From: Macrostomum lignano
Lineage: Eukaryota
Length of the DNA: 64,000 bases
Reading direction: 5' to 3'
NCBI GenBank assembly: GCA_002269645.1
Contig: NIVC01001753.1
Span: 177,808 to 241,807, forward strand
The position numbers were made by a program, and so were the translations under genes. Position 1 is the first letter of the stretch, and every line of letters begins with the position of its first letter. Positions 62,961 through 64,000 of this stretch are shown here, in pieces. The notes under the pieces were generated by a model. It did not search any database and had not been told where the DNA came from. It worked only from the letters and a program-made list of their open reading frames with translations.

Positions 62961-64000
62961 TCTTATACTATTGACTAAGAGTTTATTTAATAAGGGATCA
63001 TTTCCGGTTCCGGACTCCAATTGAAGCCCCAAAACCTCCATTTTTATGCAAAATTTAATGACGCGAGTCCAATCAAGCAGGCAAAACCATTTTACCATGG
63101 CTATTTCGCCTCCTCACTTCTTCGACGAGTGCATGTACTTTTTAAAAAGGTCAATTAATATATCCATACCTTTTCAGGGGCTGTAAACAATCATTTTGGC
63201 CCCTCCAGTCTCGCAGCTCATTTTCAATTATTTATTAGCTGATTAGTAAGCTCTTTTGCTCAACTCGAACTGAGAGACGGCAAACGGACGAACTAATGTC
63301 AGTGCAAAGTTCGAATGGCCGCGCAACTGCTGTGCCGTGCAGTTCTGCAAATGCAAATCAGCAGCCCTTGGACAGGCAGGTATTCGGCATAACAGCAACT
63401 TGCGTTAAAAAAGGGACGCTTAAAAAGCAGAAGACGGCCTATGCAATTTCTGCAGCAGCTTTAGAATGGCTTCTAGCGGCCAGCCGCAGCCGCTGCCGGG
63501 GTGCGCCGGACTCGTTCCGACGCTCGGCGACATCGACAACCTGTGGGAGCGACAATGTCAACATTGAGAAGACCCCTCCGACTGCCGAAGTCGCCTCTCC
63601 ATCGTCGGCGGGCGAGCACTTCGACGGAGCTGCTCAACCCTGATGCCGCAGCAGCAGCCGCCGCAGTCCTGCGCCTGGTACGAGGAGCTCCTTCGACGTC
63701 GCCGACAGAGGCAGAAGTCGGCCGGCGGGACAGGCGACGCCGGTGCAGCTGTTGAAGAAGCGCAACAGCGAGCCGCCGCTCTCCTCGGTGGCTGCCAGGT
63801 CTTCGTCGTGAAGCACCGCCGTTGGAGCGGCGGGAGGATCAGGACTCGACGGTCTCTGCCGCTGCTGCTGCTGCGGCTCGAGCTTCGAGGAAAAAGTCGG
63901 AACCGCCTGGACAGAGCAGCAGAGAGTCGAAGCCGGCCTACTGGCGGCAGGGGGCGCAGTGCGGGGCAGAAAAGCCTGAGAGATTCAGCTTAAACTTGTC

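Noticed and set aside
63296-64000. GC-rich ORFs at the right edge, possibly a host first exon
   Set aside because: No recognisable domain, internal stops, and truncated by the window end.

Overview
Eukaryotic (animal) genomic DNA that is very rich in repeats and transposons. The GC-rich codons, (CAG)n tracts and minisatellite-filled introns suggest a flatworm such as Macrostomum; this is inference only. One intact host gene is present: a 6-exon high-affinity choline transporter (SLC5A7/CHT1-like, 47194-57279). The left half is dominated by rolling-circle-type material. It contains the 3' arm of a canonical Helitron (ending hairpin + CTAG at 4801) with a frameshifted KMT5A/SETD8-like SET exon and internal satellites. 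It also contains a decayed spliced OTU-Rep-Pif1 Helitron gene (9.7-17.0 kb), a spliced Gly-rich/CCHC gene and a 2A-peptide/PHD-like ORF. An element with long inverted repeats carries outward-facing tRNA-like motifs. A ~3.44-kb tandem array encodes a tandem PC4-like (putative ssDNA-binding) protein, with a solo copy at 6.1 kb. The right half holds nested mariner, hAT and Tc1 remnants, a long-TIR element carrying a dUTPase/RT chimera, many mini- and microsatellites, a young Gypsy (Mag-like) LTR element with an integrase deletion, a hAT MITE and a tRNA-derived SINE. All protein assignments come from motif recognition by eye; no database search was run.
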